Virus record (IMG/VR): IMGVR_UViG_3300046804_003518
Coordinates: 1 to 64,000 of that record
Length of the DNA: 64,000 bases
Source of the DNA: a virus
Reading direction: 5' to 3' (one strand)
Within the stretch, counting starts at the first letter, position 1, and every line of letters starts with the position of its first letter. A model generated the notes under the pieces. The model saw only the letters and a program-made list of their open reading frames with translations, did not search any database and was not told the DNA's origin. Shown here one piece after another: positions 7,662-18,052 of the stretch. The translations under genes and the position numbers were made by a program.

Positions 7662-10137
7662 AGAATGCGCTAACTCGTTGCTCTCCTCTACTTAGAGCAG
7701 CACCAAATGTTGGGGTGGCAGATGGACGAGTTGCAAAATTGTTTGTCTGACCATTATTAACATTTGTCGTTGGAGCATTAACAATAGCATTACCACGACC
7801 CTGGCCTGCTGCTGCTGAATCAGCAGCTGCTACTCTTTGCGAGTCTGTCATTATTTGTTGGCCAGGTGGAGTTGTTTGTACTGGTTCAACTCTTCTGCCT
7901 TCTGCTACTGCTGCTCTTTGTTCTGGTGTTGCCTGAGCAGTTGCCGCAGCAACTTTATTAGCGCTTTCCATCTTCTGTAGCTGAGCTTCCGCTGCGTTTC
8001 TACCAGCAGACCCTTCTGGCATCTTTCCTGCAAGATCACGTTGCTTCTGAATATCAGCTTCGCTGTATGGTCCTACAGCTTGGACTGGTGCAGGTGGAGT
8101 TGCTCCACGCACGGCCGCAGCAGCTGTACGGTCAAGAACATTGCCCTGGGCTGGTTGAGCACTAGGTACTGCACCTTGTTGTGGTGGTCCACCAGCCTCT
8201 GCCATCTTATTCTGAGACTTCATATTTTCAAGTCTGGAACGGGCTGCACTGATTGCTGCCTTGCCACCAGACTTTTCAGCAACAGCTAAATTACGCTCAG
8301 CGGCTGCAATATCTTCTTTACTATAAACACCATTTGAACCACCAGCTGGCTTAGCTGCTGGTTGTGCTGCTGGACCAGGAGCAGGTTGTGGACCTGCCGC
8401 GCCACCTGCAGGCTGGCCAGCCGCACCTGGAGCTGGTCTATTCAATGCCTCGGCAATCTTGGCAAGAGCTGTTAGCGCATCGCCAGTCTTTTCAAATCCC
8501 TTAGCTGCATCAGCAATCTTTCTTAGGCCAGCAGCTAAGATATCAACATTCTGCATGAAGTTCTTGGATACTTCAAAGTTAGATAGCTTCTGAAGAGCTT
8601 TCAGTGAGTCAGGTAGTTTATTAATTTCTGTAGATGCTTCGCCAAGTCTAATTAGCTTTTCAATTGGATCATTCTTACCAAACAGGCTACTGATGAAATT
8701 GCCAATAGCACCAATAACACTTGTTGCACCTAAGCCAGCAAGAGCTAAGCCCACAGCAGTTATGCCAGCCGCGGCGCCAAGCAATTGTGCTCCATTCAGC
8801 TTGCCTACACTTGTGAGGAAATCGCTAAATGCTGGTAGAGCAGCTCCAACAACATTCAATGCGGCACCAAATGCAAGCAAAGCAACGCTCATTACACCAA
8901 GAGCTGCTGAACCAGCAATAACCATTGGTAGTACCATTCCCAGACCTACAACAGCTGCTGTCAACCCTATGATGCCTAGAGCAGCAACGCCAAGTGCTTT
9001 CCAATCTACGTTTGCAAATTGTTGGAATGCCTTACCGGCAAGGAACAGTGCGCCAGACATAATTGTAAGAGCAGCAGCACCCTTAATCATGCTGACTGTG
9101 CCCTTCTCTAGCAACTTCATTACAAGGACTAGACCTGTTATACCAACAAGTCCTTTAGCAACTCCTGCCCAATCTACATCTGCAAACTGCTTAAATGCTT
9201 TAGCAGCTATGTAGAGTGCACCAGACACAACTACGAGGGCAGCTGCACCCTTTAATACTTTAGCAGTACCAAAACTCTCGATACCTTTAGCAAGACTGGT
9301 TAGTAGGGATTTTAGACCCTGGCCAATCTTAGAAATAAACTGCTTAATACCATCTGCTAGCTTACCTAACACCTTACTTACGGTGTCGGCAATACCAACA
9401 AACAGCTCTTTAATTGACTTGCCAATCTTCTGGGCACCCTGTAGGAACTTATCGAGGCCAGATGGTCCCTTAGGTGTGGCTGGACCTTTACCAGGAGCCT
9501 CAGGAGCACCAGGAGCGGCACCACCAGGCGCCGCAATGCCACCAGTACCTGGTAGTTCGGGTTTCTTACCCATGAGGAAGTCTTTTGCTTTAGTGAAAAG
9601 ACCACCTACAGCTTTATTAATGGCTTTTCTGAATCCCGACAATGCCACATACAATATAGCAAACAGTGTTACTAACTTGCCAATACCAGTTTCAAGTAAT
9701 CCAAAAGCCTTCGAAAGACCTATAACAAATCCAACTAGTAGAGGTATTAAAACCTTTTCAAAAAACTCACCCAGTTTTTCCCAGAATGATTTTTCTTTTT
9801 TTTCTTTTGGCTTTTCTTTTTCTTTTGGTTTTTGATCTTCTCTTTGCTTCTCAATCTGCGCCCCCTCGTCCATAGCAGGAGGTCTCATTTGAGGCAGATT
9901 TTCTTCTAAAACTTTCTTGGTTTCTCTAAACGATGTAACCTGGGCATCCATCTTGCCAGCAATGTTATAGAGATTAACAGCTGACTGTGCGGTGAAGATC
10001 AGTAGCTGCTGAAGGGTTGTCTCTTGACTTAACTTGTCAATTTTATCAACTATATCAGTATGCATGAGGTCAAGCTTGGCTAAAACCTCAATGCCTTGTT
10101 TTTCTAGTTGGGTGTTGTCTAATTTAGGTAAGGCCAT
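7660..10137 (-). CDS. tape-measure / baseplate hub protein (gp29-like)
   Basis: 825 aa, Ala/Gly-rich amphipathic repeats (KGAAAL...FADVDW twice), C-terminal NAPTTNVNN motif; follows gp26/gp51. Confidence 0.65.
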   Translation of the reverse strand: MALPKLDNTQLEKQGIEVLAKLDLMHTDIVDKIDKLSQETTLQQLLIFTAQSAVNLYNIAGKMDAQVTSFRETKKVLEENLPQMRPPAMDEGAQIEKQREDQKPKEKEKPKEKKEKSFWEKLGEFFEKVLIPLLVGFVIGLSKAFGLLETGIGKLVTLFAILYVALSGFRKAINKAVGGLFTKAKDFLMGKKPELPGTGGIAAPGGAAPGAPEAPGKGPATPKGPSGLDKFLQGAQKIGKSIKELFVGIADTVSKVLGKLADGIKQFISKIGQGLKSLLTSLAKGIESFGTAKVLKGAAALVVVSGALYIAAKAFKQFADVDWAGVAKGLVGITGLVLVMKLLEKGTVSMIKGAAALTIMSGALFLAGKAFQQFANVDWKALGVAALGIIGLTAAVVGLGMVLPMVIAGSAALGVMSVALLAFGAALNVVGAALPAFSDFLTSVGKLNGAQLLGAAAGITAVGLALAGLGATSVIGAIGNFISSLFGKNDPIEKLIRLGEASTEINKLPDSLKALQKLSNFEVSKNFMQNVDILAAGLRKIADAAKGFEKTGDALTALAKIAEALNRPAPGAAGQPAGGAAGPQPAPGPAAQPAAKPAGGSNGVYSKEDIAAAERNLAVAEKSGGKAAISAARSRLENMKSQNKMAEAGGPPQQGAVPSAQPAQGNVLDRTAAAAVRGATPPAPVQAVGPYSEADIQKQRDLAGKMPEGSAGRNAAEAQLQKMESANKVAAATAQATPEQRAAVAEGRRVEPVQTTPPGQQIMTDSQRVAAADSAAAGQGRGNAIVNAPTTNVNNGQTNNFATRPSATPTFGAALSRGEQRVSAF

Positions 10138-10325
10138 TATACGTCTTTATATCCTGCTTTTCTTAATCTTTCTTTCTCTTTCTCAAGATAATCAATTAGC
10201 ATAGCAACATAAACATCACGTTCAAATGGCAAAAGACCTTCAACATCACTAATGGAATATTTATGATGTTGACACAACGCAAAGATAGTTTGATAGTAAT
10301 TGGCTAGGTTACTGTACCCAGCCAA
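10137..10325 (-). CDS. 51: baseplate hub assembly catalyst (gp51-like)
   Basis: NLANYYQTIFALCQHHKYSISDVEGLLPFERDVY motif, adjacent to gp26. Confidence 0.8.
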   Translation of the reverse strand: MAGYSNLANYYQTIFALCQHHKYSISDVEGLLPFERDVYVAMLIDYLEKEKERLRKAGYKDV

Positions 10326-10327
10326 TA

Positions 10328-11023
10328 CTAGAAAAAATTCTCGAGGCCCTCGAGTCTTAGTTCTTTAACTACCTTATCCTTTGTTACATACTTAGCATCA
10401 TAGACAAGTTTTGGCATTGATTCAAAGTACTTCTGAATTTGTTCAACATGGTTCTTGTTGAGGGACAGAATGAAATCATCCATTTCTTGCTTCGAATAAT
10501 TCACTGTTTCAAATACTTCTTCACCTTCGTAAATCTGATGAATACAGCCTCTTAGTACTGATAGCGTTGTATCCATTTGGTTTGAATCTTCAATTTTAGA
10601 TAGAATGCTGAATGTTGGATACTTCAAAACAACACCAACGGTGTCAGTTAACTTAATGTTATTTGGAACATCAGCCTTCTTAAACACTTCAACCTTATCA
10701 AGATTGATTTCAACCTCGTATGTTTGTTGATCATCTGCATCCTTAACAAGTACCTTGGATACGTTTGAGACAGACTTTGATCTTAGGCAAAGGAAGAAGT
10801 ATTCCAAGTCGATAGCTGCCATGTTATCAACATCCACCTGATCAATTGCACAGTTGTTGATTAGCTGCTTATAAACATTAATAATATCTTTCTTTTCACC
10901 TGACTCCTGGGCCATTAGTAAAAGCTTTTCTTCTCTTACTGTGAAAGGTCTATAGTGAACAACTTTACCATTAGATGGTAGCGTTAATTGAAAGATTGGT
11001 TGACTAATTTTTGGTAGTGGCAT
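10328..11023 (-). CDS. 26: baseplate hub subunit (gp26-like)
   Basis: MPLPKI...LPSNGKVVHYRPFTVREEKLLLMA; LRSKSV motif. Confidence 0.9.
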   Translation of the reverse strand: MPLPKISQPIFQLTLPSNGKVVHYRPFTVREEKLLLMAQESGEKKDIINVYKQLINNCAIDQVDVDNMAAIDLEYFFLCLRSKSVSNVSKVLVKDADDQQTYEVEINLDKVEVFKKADVPNNIKLTDTVGVVLKYPTFSILSKIEDSNQMDTTLSVLRGCIHQIYEGEEVFETVNYSKQEMDDFILSLNKNHVEQIQKYFESMPKLVYDAKYVTKDKVVKELRLEGLENFF

Positions 11024-11036
11024 GATTCACCTCACG

Positions 11037-12140
11037 TTAAATTTTAAAAATATTCTTTGGACTGCGTCCACCTGTGATTGTTTTTGCTTCTTGTCTCAAC
11101 TCTTTCTTTAGTGATGAGTTGAGACCCCTTAATACGCCCAATGTCTTTCTTACATCCATTGCTGCGCTGAGTGCGTTTTGACCTGTCTTAATATATTTGT
11201 TGCCATAAATGCTTTGTTCAAGTCTTGCAGTGGCAGATACGGCCTCTGTACGAATTGATTTAGATGTATCTCTGACGTTTGTAGCAAACTCGTTAATTGA
11301 TTGAAGAGCTGTTGGCTTATAAGGACCAATCTGAGATGGCTGGCCAAAGTCGCTCAGATTGACAGGTGGGGCAGATTGTAATCTTGGATTTGTGACTTCC
11401 AACTTTCTATTCTTAAATCCACCACCAGCTAAATTTGTTGGAGGAACATTATCTTCTGCTCCTGGAGGAACTCTGCTATTTGGTTTATCAAATGAGAACG
11501 AAGGTGGAACTGGTATTCTCAACTCTGTTGGATCTGGTCTTGGTTGATCGAGCTTCTTATATTCAAATGACTTATAGGTAAATGTAACATTGAATGAAAG
11601 AATATCGTTACCAGACTGCCAATCTAAACCTGGTTCACTAATTGATAGTGGGAAGGCTTCATACATTGAAAATATCATTACTGAGCCATCCTGGGGGTCA
11701 GCGCCAGCTGCTCTTAACTTATCTCCAAATAACATAATGTCAATTTTTGTTATATATTCTGATCTATAAGAAAGCTGGTTACTAAATGCACCTGATCTTA
11801 TTTGGTCTTGGGTGTGGCTTAGGTTGACAATGTTTCTTAGCCAATCATAAAAATAGGCTAGAGAGTCGCCATCACCATCTGCGTAGAACTTCAGTGTGAT
11901 ATCGGTTGTTGCAATATCGTAGGCCATCTTCACTGTTGGACCTTGGCCATAGATTTTTGATTCTTGAGTTAGAATTTGAATGCCAGGCAATGATGCAGCA
12001 GCTGCAAGATAAGCAAGATCAGGTGGCTCAACCCCTGCTCTTGCTACCCACTTTGGTGGGTAAATGTATACAATGAAATTAGAAGGTTTCAGAAACCCCA
12101 TTTCAGTTGATACTTTGAAATCTTCTATGTTAAATGCCAT
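11037..12140 (-). CDS. tail-tube-family baseplate protein (gp54-like) with C-terminal extension
   Basis: KPSNF...ASLPG...EAFPLSISEPGLDW...FNVTFTYK tube-fold motifs, plus about 170 aa of Pro-rich/basic tail. Confidence 0.7.
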   Translation of the reverse strand: MAFNIEDFKVSTEMGFLKPSNFIVYIYPPKWVARAGVEPPDLAYLAAAASLPGIQILTQESKIYGQGPTVKMAYDIATTDITLKFYADGDGDSLAYFYDWLRNIVNLSHTQDQIRSGAFSNQLSYRSEYITKIDIMLFGDKLRAAGADPQDGSVMIFSMYEAFPLSISEPGLDWQSGNDILSFNVTFTYKSFEYKKLDQPRPDPTELRIPVPPSFSFDKPNSRVPPGAEDNVPPTNLAGGGFKNRKLEVTNPRLQSAPPVNLSDFGQPSQIGPYKPTALQSINEFATNVRDTSKSIRTEAVSATARLEQSIYGNKYIKTGQNALSAAMDVRKTLGVLRGLNSSLKKELRQEAKTITGGRSPKNIFKI

Positions 12141-12143
12141 GTG

Positions 12144-12755
12144 CTAAAACCTGTTTCTAGAATCTTGCCATACGTTTCTCTTTGTGTCCTTTCTAAACTG
12201 TTCAGAAGGCACAAATAGAGCTAAATTCCATTCCGAAGGTTCAATGTAAATTAATGTTGACTGCATCCCCTCGTTCAAGTAATGTTTATAGCATGGCTTG
12301 AACCATCTATATTTAGATGAACTACTAAGAAGGTCATACGTCATTCTCAGTCTTGTTGTCTCATCAAATGCAGTATTATTAAGAAGATTATATAATTGAT
12401 CCATCAATAATGCTCTGAATTTTGGTGGTAGATAATGAAGATTGATGCCAAAGAACCCACCTGCTACTCTTCTTACTGGAAACACTAATGGAAACCTATC
12501 ATAAAAAGGAAGCGTATCCATATGCTTTGGCTTATAAAGAAACATATACAGACGGCCAACCAACGGAACCTTACGCCTTCTATCTGTTTCCTTTAGGAAT
12601 GATCTTGGTACAACATCTGCTGGTCTTAGCGATTCGTACTTCGATTTTAACCACTGTAGCGATTGCATTGAGTTATCAAGCTCAATACCTTCATCCTCAG
12701 CCTGTTTTAATAACTTTAGGAATCCAGGAATATTGGAGTTAGTAGTGGTAGCCAT
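12144..12755 (-). CDS. 2: DNA end protector protein (gp2)
   Basis: LYMFLYKPK...LPFYDRFPLVFP...GINLHYLPP motif. Confidence 0.9.
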   Translation of the reverse strand: MATTTNSNIPGFLKLLKQAEDEGIELDNSMQSLQWLKSKYESLRPADVVPRSFLKETDRRRKVPLVGRLYMFLYKPKHMDTLPFYDRFPLVFPVRRVAGGFFGINLHYLPPKFRALLMDQLYNLLNNTAFDETTRLRMTYDLLSSSSKYRWFKPCYKHYLNEGMQSTLIYIEPSEWNLALFVPSEQFRKDTKRNVWQDSRNRF

Positions 12756-13182
12756 TAATTTCTCGTTCAGTTAGGATCTGAAACTTCCATTTTCTTTCAT
12801 CGCAAAACTCTTTACACGCCTTCCACTTAGCATTATTGATACCCCAATTCTTCACATCATTAATGTATCTTGGTGTTACTCTGCTCTTCTTTTCTGGAGG
12901 CTTTGTTTGAGAAGATGGCTTAATCTCTATTACAATCCTATCAATATTACCATTCTTGTCGCGTCTCTTTACACTGAAATCAGGAAAGTATCTGTGGTAT
13001 CTACCATCGATTGGCGATAGATAAGGTACAAAAAACTCCTCACTTGACCACTCCAATACATCAGGATGTGTATCTAAATAGTTCATCAATTTAAGCTCCA
13101 AAGATGAACGATAAATAACATTGGTGGGGTCACCTCTGTATTTTTGTGGATTTTTGACTTTGTAGCGCCCCTTATAACTCAT
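12739..13182 (-). CDS. 4: head completion nuclease (gp4)
   Basis: YKGRYKVKNPQKYRGDPTNVIYRSSLE...YFPDF...IEIKP motif. Confidence 0.92.
   Translation of the reverse strand: MSYKGRYKVKNPQKYRGDPTNVIYRSSLELKLMNYLDTHPDVLEWSSEEFFVPYLSPIDGRYHRYFPDFSVKRRDKNGNIDRIVIEIKPSSQTKPPEKKSRVTPRYINDVKNWGINNAKWKACKEFCDERKWKFQILTEREINGYHY
13110..13117 (+). promoter_or_regulatory. candidate late promoter for gp48 (inside gene 4, antisense)
   Basis: GATAAATA 78 nt upstream of the gp48 ATG. Confidence 0.4.
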
Positions 13183-13187
13183 AAAGG

Positions 13188-13195
13188 TATTTATA
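13188..13195 (-). promoter_or_regulatory. T4-type late promoter for the gp4-gp2-gp26 operon
   Basis: TATAAATA on the minus strand, 5 nt before the gp4 ATG. Confidence 0.75.
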
Positions 13196-14193
13196 TGCCA
13201 GGTTCAGCTAGAAGAAGATACAACCATCCAGCTGCCGTAATTGGTGCAACTAAGAATAGTAGATCACTTGCCGGCCTTGTGTTTCCAGCCGGTGACAACA
13301 AACTTAACATGGGTATGTTGTTTAAGTTTGTTAAGTATTCAATCACGTTTGGCAGTGGCGTTAAAGCTGCCCAGGCAACAAATTTAACCAACGCTCACAT
13401 TGCGCTACCCTTACCAGAAGGATTGCAAGATACATTAAATATTAACTATGATGTAGTTGATATGGGTGTCGTATCTGCTGGCCTACAAAGCGGTGAAGCT
13501 GTGGGCAATGACTTAAAGAACAAAGGTGCAATTGAGGGGCTAAAGACCTTTGGCAAGAGAGCAGCAGGTGACACTGAGTACTTGGCTAGAACAGCAATTA
13601 ATCAATTGGGTGCTGTTGGTTCTGGTCTTAATGCAGCATCTGGTAATGTGCCAAACCCATTTACGACAACAGTATTTAAGAATGTTGATTTAAGAAAGCA
13701 CACGCTAACATGGAAACTAACTCCAGAAACGCCAGAAGATTCTATTGCAATTAAAAATATTATTAATCTCTTCAAGTGGGAAGCTCTACCTGGCGGCGGT
13801 GCTGGGTCACCATTCCTTACAATGCCAAATGAAGTGATGGTGGATTTCTTTGGCACGAATGCTTTATACGGTTTTGGTAGATGTGTAATTACAGGTGTTA
13901 CTGTTAACTATAATCCAACAAATGTACCAGCATTCTATAAGAACATTGGCCAAGGCCTAATTAGTGCTCCTCAGCAAGTAGAGCTTCAAGTACAGCTAAG
14001 TGAAGTGGAGCAGCTTACTGGTGGCGTATTTGCTGCCACAAAAGATTATGGTGGCCAGGGTGGCGCTACCCAGACCGTACAGTCTACTGGTGATGCAAGC
14101 AGCGAATCCCTACCACAAGATCAAAGACCAGGTAACAGACTTGTTAATGAAAATGTTAATGATCCTGTCAGACAGTATGATGTGGAAGAGTAG
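13195..14193 (+). CDS. 48: baseplate tail tube cap (gp48-like)
   Basis: LPLPEGLQD...VPNPFTTTVFKNVDLRKHTLTWKLTP...CVITGVTVNY; start MPGS at 13195. Confidence 0.75.
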   Translation: MPGSARRRYNHPAAVIGATKNSRSLAGLVFPAGDNKLNMGMLFKFVKYSITFGSGVKAAQATNLTNAHIALPLPEGLQDTLNINYDVVDMGVVSAGLQSGEAVGNDLKNKGAIEGLKTFGKRAAGDTEYLARTAINQLGAVGSGLNAASGNVPNPFTTTVFKNVDLRKHTLTWKLTPETPEDSIAIKNIINLFKWEALPGGGAGSPFLTMPNEVMVDFFGTNALYGFGRCVITGVTVNYNPTNVPAFYKNIGQGLISAPQQVELQVQLSEVEQLTGGVFAATKDYGGQGGATQTVQSTGDASSESLPQDQRPGNRLVNENVNDPVRQYDVEE

Positions 14194-14210
14194 GCTTGAG
14201 GTAAACAATA

Positions 14211-14768
14211 ATGTCAGACAAATATTTTAAAAACTTCCCTCTCGTACAATATGGCGAGCACAGTGTAAGAAACATTATGCTCAAGGCAACACTTGGTAAG
14301 AAATTATTTGATAGTTTTGATAGCTTCTATCCTTACACTATTAAGGAAGGGGAAAGAATAACAGAAGTTGCTTTTAATTACTATGGATCTATTGATTATG
14401 TTTGGATTATTGTAATGTCTAACGATATGATAGATCCAGTATATGATTGGCCACTATTCAATGATGACTTTGAAAAATTCATCACTGAAAAGTATGGTAG
14501 TCTAGCGATAGCAATGAATGTTGCAAATGCTCAGTATTACAGAAATCCAAAGTATTCGTACTGGATGACTAAAACAACCTATAGCAATATATCTGCTTCA
14601 GAAAGAACTGGTTGGACAGCAGTTGATAACTATACGTATGAGCTAATTAAGAATGAGGAAAAGAGAAAAATTAGATTACTTAATAACGCTCTTGCAATTG
14701 ATATAGGATTGGAAATGGAAAAGATTTTCAGAAAAGTTAATTTACCAACAAGGGTGGCTGCTGAGTAA
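14211..14768 (+). CDS. 53: baseplate wedge subunit (gp53)
   Basis: YFKNFP...GERITEVAFNYYGS...WIIVMSNDMIDPVYDWPL LysM-like motif. Confidence 0.9.
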   Translation: MSDKYFKNFPLVQYGEHSVRNIMLKATLGKKLFDSFDSFYPYTIKEGERITEVAFNYYGSIDYVWIIVMSNDMIDPVYDWPLFNDDFEKFITEKYGSLAIAMNVANAQYYRNPKYSYWMTKTTYSNISASERTGWTAVDNYTYELIKNEEKRKIRLLNNALAIDIGLEMEKIFRKVNLPTRVAAE

Positions 14769-16150
14769 TGGCTACTGTAGCTACCTCTGCTATTATTAAA
14801 AAAGAGCAAATTGATCAATTTGCTTATAAAATTACTCTTGTCAAAAGAACCAATGGTGTCAATACAGAAATTGGTTTCAACACTTATGTTCGACATTTTA
14901 AGTTGTTTGAATCAGTATTTTCTAAATTTACTTACATTGAGGGATTGATTCTTGATGGTATGAATGTGGCTCAACGTTTTGGTATTCAACCAGGTGATGT
15001 TTTTAGAGTCGACATTTATAAAGACCCAAGCGATGTTGCCCCCCACGAAAGAATATCAAAGGATTTTATTATCCAAGATTTGGGTGGCCAAGAAAGATCA
15101 GAAGGCAATAAGGCTGCCAAGTATGCATTCAGAGCAATATCAGAAAGTGGCCATAGAGGTCTTAAAACTAAAGTCAAGAGAAGTTATAGAGGTAAGGGAT
15201 CAGCTATCGTTAATATAATGACTGGCCAATATGTAACTAAAGGTACATCAAAGCCAGCAATGCGTTGGGAATCAATTGGTAGTTATGGTGATATCAAGTA
15301 CGTTGTACCGTCGCTCACTCCGTTTGAAGCAATTGAAAATATTTCAAAACATTGCGTATCAGCATCTAATCCTAAAGATGGCAACTATTTCTTTTATGAA
15401 GTCAGAGATACTGTATACTTTAAGCCACTCAAGGCAATTGTGGCAGCTGCCAACAACCACAAGTATGCACTAACTGCTGATAAAAATAGAGCACCTGATA
15501 ATCAGGCAGCCAACGATTATTTCAGAGTGATTGAATTCCAGCATCATCAATCTACAGACCAACAAAAATTCCTACAAAGTGGAACACTATCAAACAAAGT
15601 GACAACATTTGATTTTATTACAAGAAAGATAACAGACAAGGGATTTGGCTTGCTTGGAATGAAACAAGATATTCTTCTTATGGGTGATAACCTACTAATG
15701 GATAACCAGGAAGTAAATCATTTTATACCTGGAAACAATGAAACGGATGAGCAAACAAATCTTTTCATTAGATGCTCCAGCGAAAGCTATAAAGATAGTA
15801 AGAAGGACAAAACGGTTGAAACCTTAACCAAAGCTAGACCTTATGCTCAAGCGCAAAAAGGATTAATGAATCAAACTGTTTTAACAATTAGCGTGTTGGG
15901 TAATCCTAGAATTAAGCCAGGTGATACAATTGAACTAGAAATGGCTCAGCCATCTGGTGACGTTGTGCAGGAAAAGGATTTTGTTTTGAGTGGTAAATTC
16001 TTTGTTGGTAGTTGTGCTCATTCAATAACAGACATGGATGATTATACAACAATTATTGAGTTATTCAAAGATGGTTATGAAAGAGATATAACACAATATA
16101 GAAAGGATATTAATAGTCTAAATGAATCTCAGCAAGTGAGTGGCACATAA
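14768..16150 (+). CDS. baseplate hub protein (gp27/GPD-like)
   Basis: Lies between gp53 and gp5; VLGNPRIKPGDTIEL...SGKFFVGSCAH motif. Confidence 0.7.
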   Translation: MATVATSAIIKKEQIDQFAYKITLVKRTNGVNTEIGFNTYVRHFKLFESVFSKFTYIEGLILDGMNVAQRFGIQPGDVFRVDIYKDPSDVAPHERISKDFIIQDLGGQERSEGNKAAKYAFRAISESGHRGLKTKVKRSYRGKGSAIVNIMTGQYVTKGTSKPAMRWESIGSYGDIKYVVPSLTPFEAIENISKHCVSASNPKDGNYFFYEVRDTVYFKPLKAIVAAANNHKYALTADKNRAPDNQAANDYFRVIEFQHHQSTDQQKFLQSGTLSNKVTTFDFITRKITDKGFGLLGMKQDILLMGDNLLMDNQEVNHFIPGNNETDEQTNLFIRCSSESYKDSKKDKTVETLTKARPYAQAQKGLMNQTVLTISVLGNPRIKPGDTIELEMAQPSGDVVQEKDFVLSGKFFVGSCAHSITDMDDYTTIIELFKDGYERDITQYRKDINSLNESQQVSGT

Positions 16151-18027
16151 TGAATGTTATAACGGAAGGTGATTCACAATTTGGCTCTATGACATGGTTT
16201 ATTGGTGTTGTTGAAGATGTCAATGATCCACTAAAAATTAATAGAGTTCGCGTCAGATGTATTGGTTACCATACTAACGATAAAGTTGCTATGAAGGTTG
16301 GTGACCTACCATGGGCCCCATTCCTTTCTTCCACAGCACAAATGTCAGCTCCAATGGTCAACCAAGGCGATTGGGTAATTGGATTTTTTATTGACGGCAT
16401 GCAGGCGCAGCAACCAGTTGTCCTTGGGTCTATTGTCAGTATTCCAAAAGATAAGGCCGACCCAGAAAAAGGATTTTATGATCCATCTGGTGTGCATCCT
16501 AAGCCAGAGCAACTTGAAGATGATCCACTTGGGGGTGGAACAAACTCGAGACATGCAAGAGGTCTAGAAGGTGAAGTTGATAAGAATGCTATAGCGTATT
16601 CAAAGTCGACAGTAACAACAAACATTCCAGCAGCAGATGGTTCAATATTTGCAGAACCAGAATCTAAATTTGCTGCTGTCTATCCAGCCAATCACGTAAT
16701 GGAAACAGATGGCGGTCATGTCTTTGAGCTAGATGATACACCAGGAGCTGAGAGAGTACACATCTTCCACAAAAAAGGCTCGTTTGTGGAGTTTCATCCA
16801 GATGGCACTGTAGTACATAGAGGAGCTCAAGATCGCTACCATGTAGTATTGAAAGATGAGAACATGTATGTGGGTGGAACACTAAACATGTCTGTAAAGG
16901 GTACTGTTAATATCCTAGCCGGTAACAATACAAATATATCAACAGTTGGTGATGCAACATGGAGGGTTGGCGGTAATCTGAGATTAGATGTTGCCAAGAA
17001 TTTTGATATAGCTGTAGGCGGTGATGTTAATATTGACTCAAGCGGTAAGATGCAATTAGATTCACAAAGTAGTTTTGGTATTGCTTCTGGTAGCTCAGTG
17101 GGCATCGATGCAGCTAGCTCAGCAACATTGTATGCTGGTGGCCAGTGTGGTATCCGCGGCAGTAAGGTTCAGTTGGATGGTAGTACAGTATTAGCTAAAC
17201 CTAAGATTGATCAGGGAGGTGGGTCTGTATCTAAACCTTCAAGTGGTCCAATGATCATTATTCCAAAAGCCCCTGTACCAATTTCAGTGGCAGGTCCTGG
17301 AGCTAGAAACGGCTTCACAATTAATGGTGTATTTGTTGAAAACAGCCCAAGCATTGAATTGCCTGATACAGCTACCTCATATAATATACAACGAAGCCAA
17401 GAATACATCGAGACTCCTGAAAAATTCAAGAACCCAGCTGCAGCAGCAGATGGTGTCAAGGAAAACTATCCAGGCACACCTGAATCTGGTGGTGCAGGAG
17501 AGAGCTTAATTGTTGACGCTCCACCAGCATCTGACCTCTGTGCATTCCTCAATGAACAGCTAAAATTAGCTGCGAGTGGTTATTGGTCTGAGACTGGTAT
17601 GGGTGGTGCCAAATCTAATCCAAATATTGTAAGAATCTGGGAGACACTTGGTATTGATGCTAAGGGTACTGCATATTGGAAATCAGACCAGACCCCATGG
17701 TGTATGGGATTTGTTAACTACTGTCTAAAGATGAGTGGATACAGATTTGTTCAGACTGCTCGCGCATTTGATATTAGAGATAGACAGTCAGCCTATAAGG
17801 CAATTCAAGTGCCAACAAACCAGGCTAAGTGTGGTGACATTGCCCTTTGGAGTTACTCACACGTTAATTTTGTCTTGGGTAGTAGTGGCGGCCGTCTGGC
17901 GTTTGTTGGAGGTAACCAAAGTCCTAAGGGTAAGGCAACTAATAACAATCCATCCCAGGGTGACGTTACAAGAAACAGTCCTGGCCTTGGTAACCTAATA
18001 GGCATCTACAGACCTGTCAAAAAGTAA
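16150..18027 (+). CDS. 5: baseplate spike gp5 (OB fold, beta-helix, C-terminal CHAP/NlpC-like domain)
   Basis: WFIGVVEDVNDPLKINRVRVR; YPANHVMETDGGHVFELDDTPGAERVHIFH; C-terminal TPWCMGFV...SHVNFV...GGNQS. Confidence 0.9.
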   Translation: MNVITEGDSQFGSMTWFIGVVEDVNDPLKINRVRVRCIGYHTNDKVAMKVGDLPWAPFLSSTAQMSAPMVNQGDWVIGFFIDGMQAQQPVVLGSIVSIPKDKADPEKGFYDPSGVHPKPEQLEDDPLGGGTNSRHARGLEGEVDKNAIAYSKSTVTTNIPAADGSIFAEPESKFAAVYPANHVMETDGGHVFELDDTPGAERVHIFHKKGSFVEFHPDGTVVHRGAQDRYHVVLKDENMYVGGTLNMSVKGTVNILAGNNTNISTVGDATWRVGGNLRLDVAKNFDIAVGGDVNIDSSGKMQLDSQSSFGIASGSSVGIDAASSATLYAGGQCGIRGSKVQLDGSTVLAKPKIDQGGGSVSKPSSGPMIIIPKAPVPISVAGPGARNGFTINGVFVENSPSIELPDTATSYNIQRSQEYIETPEKFKNPAAAADGVKENYPGTPESGGAGESLIVDAPPASDLCAFLNEQLKLAASGYWSETGMGGAKSNPNIVRIWETLGIDAKGTAYWKSDQTPWCMGFVNYCLKMSGYRFVQTARAFDIRDRQSAYKAIQVPTNQAKCGDIALWSYSHVNFVLGSSGGRLAFVGGNQSPKGKATNNNPSQGDVTRNSPGLGNLIGIYRPVKK

Positions 18028-18044
18028 ATGGTCAATATAGTTAA

Positions 18045-18052
18045 TATAAATA
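18045..18052 (+). promoter_or_regulatory. T4-type late promoter
   Basis: TATAAATA upstream of gp25. Confidence 0.75.

Noticed and set aside
8041-9835. Plus-strand ORFs (8693-9214 etc.) and alternative minus frames over the tape-measure gene
   Set aside because: Shadows of Ala/Gly-rich codons, with no plausible protein features.
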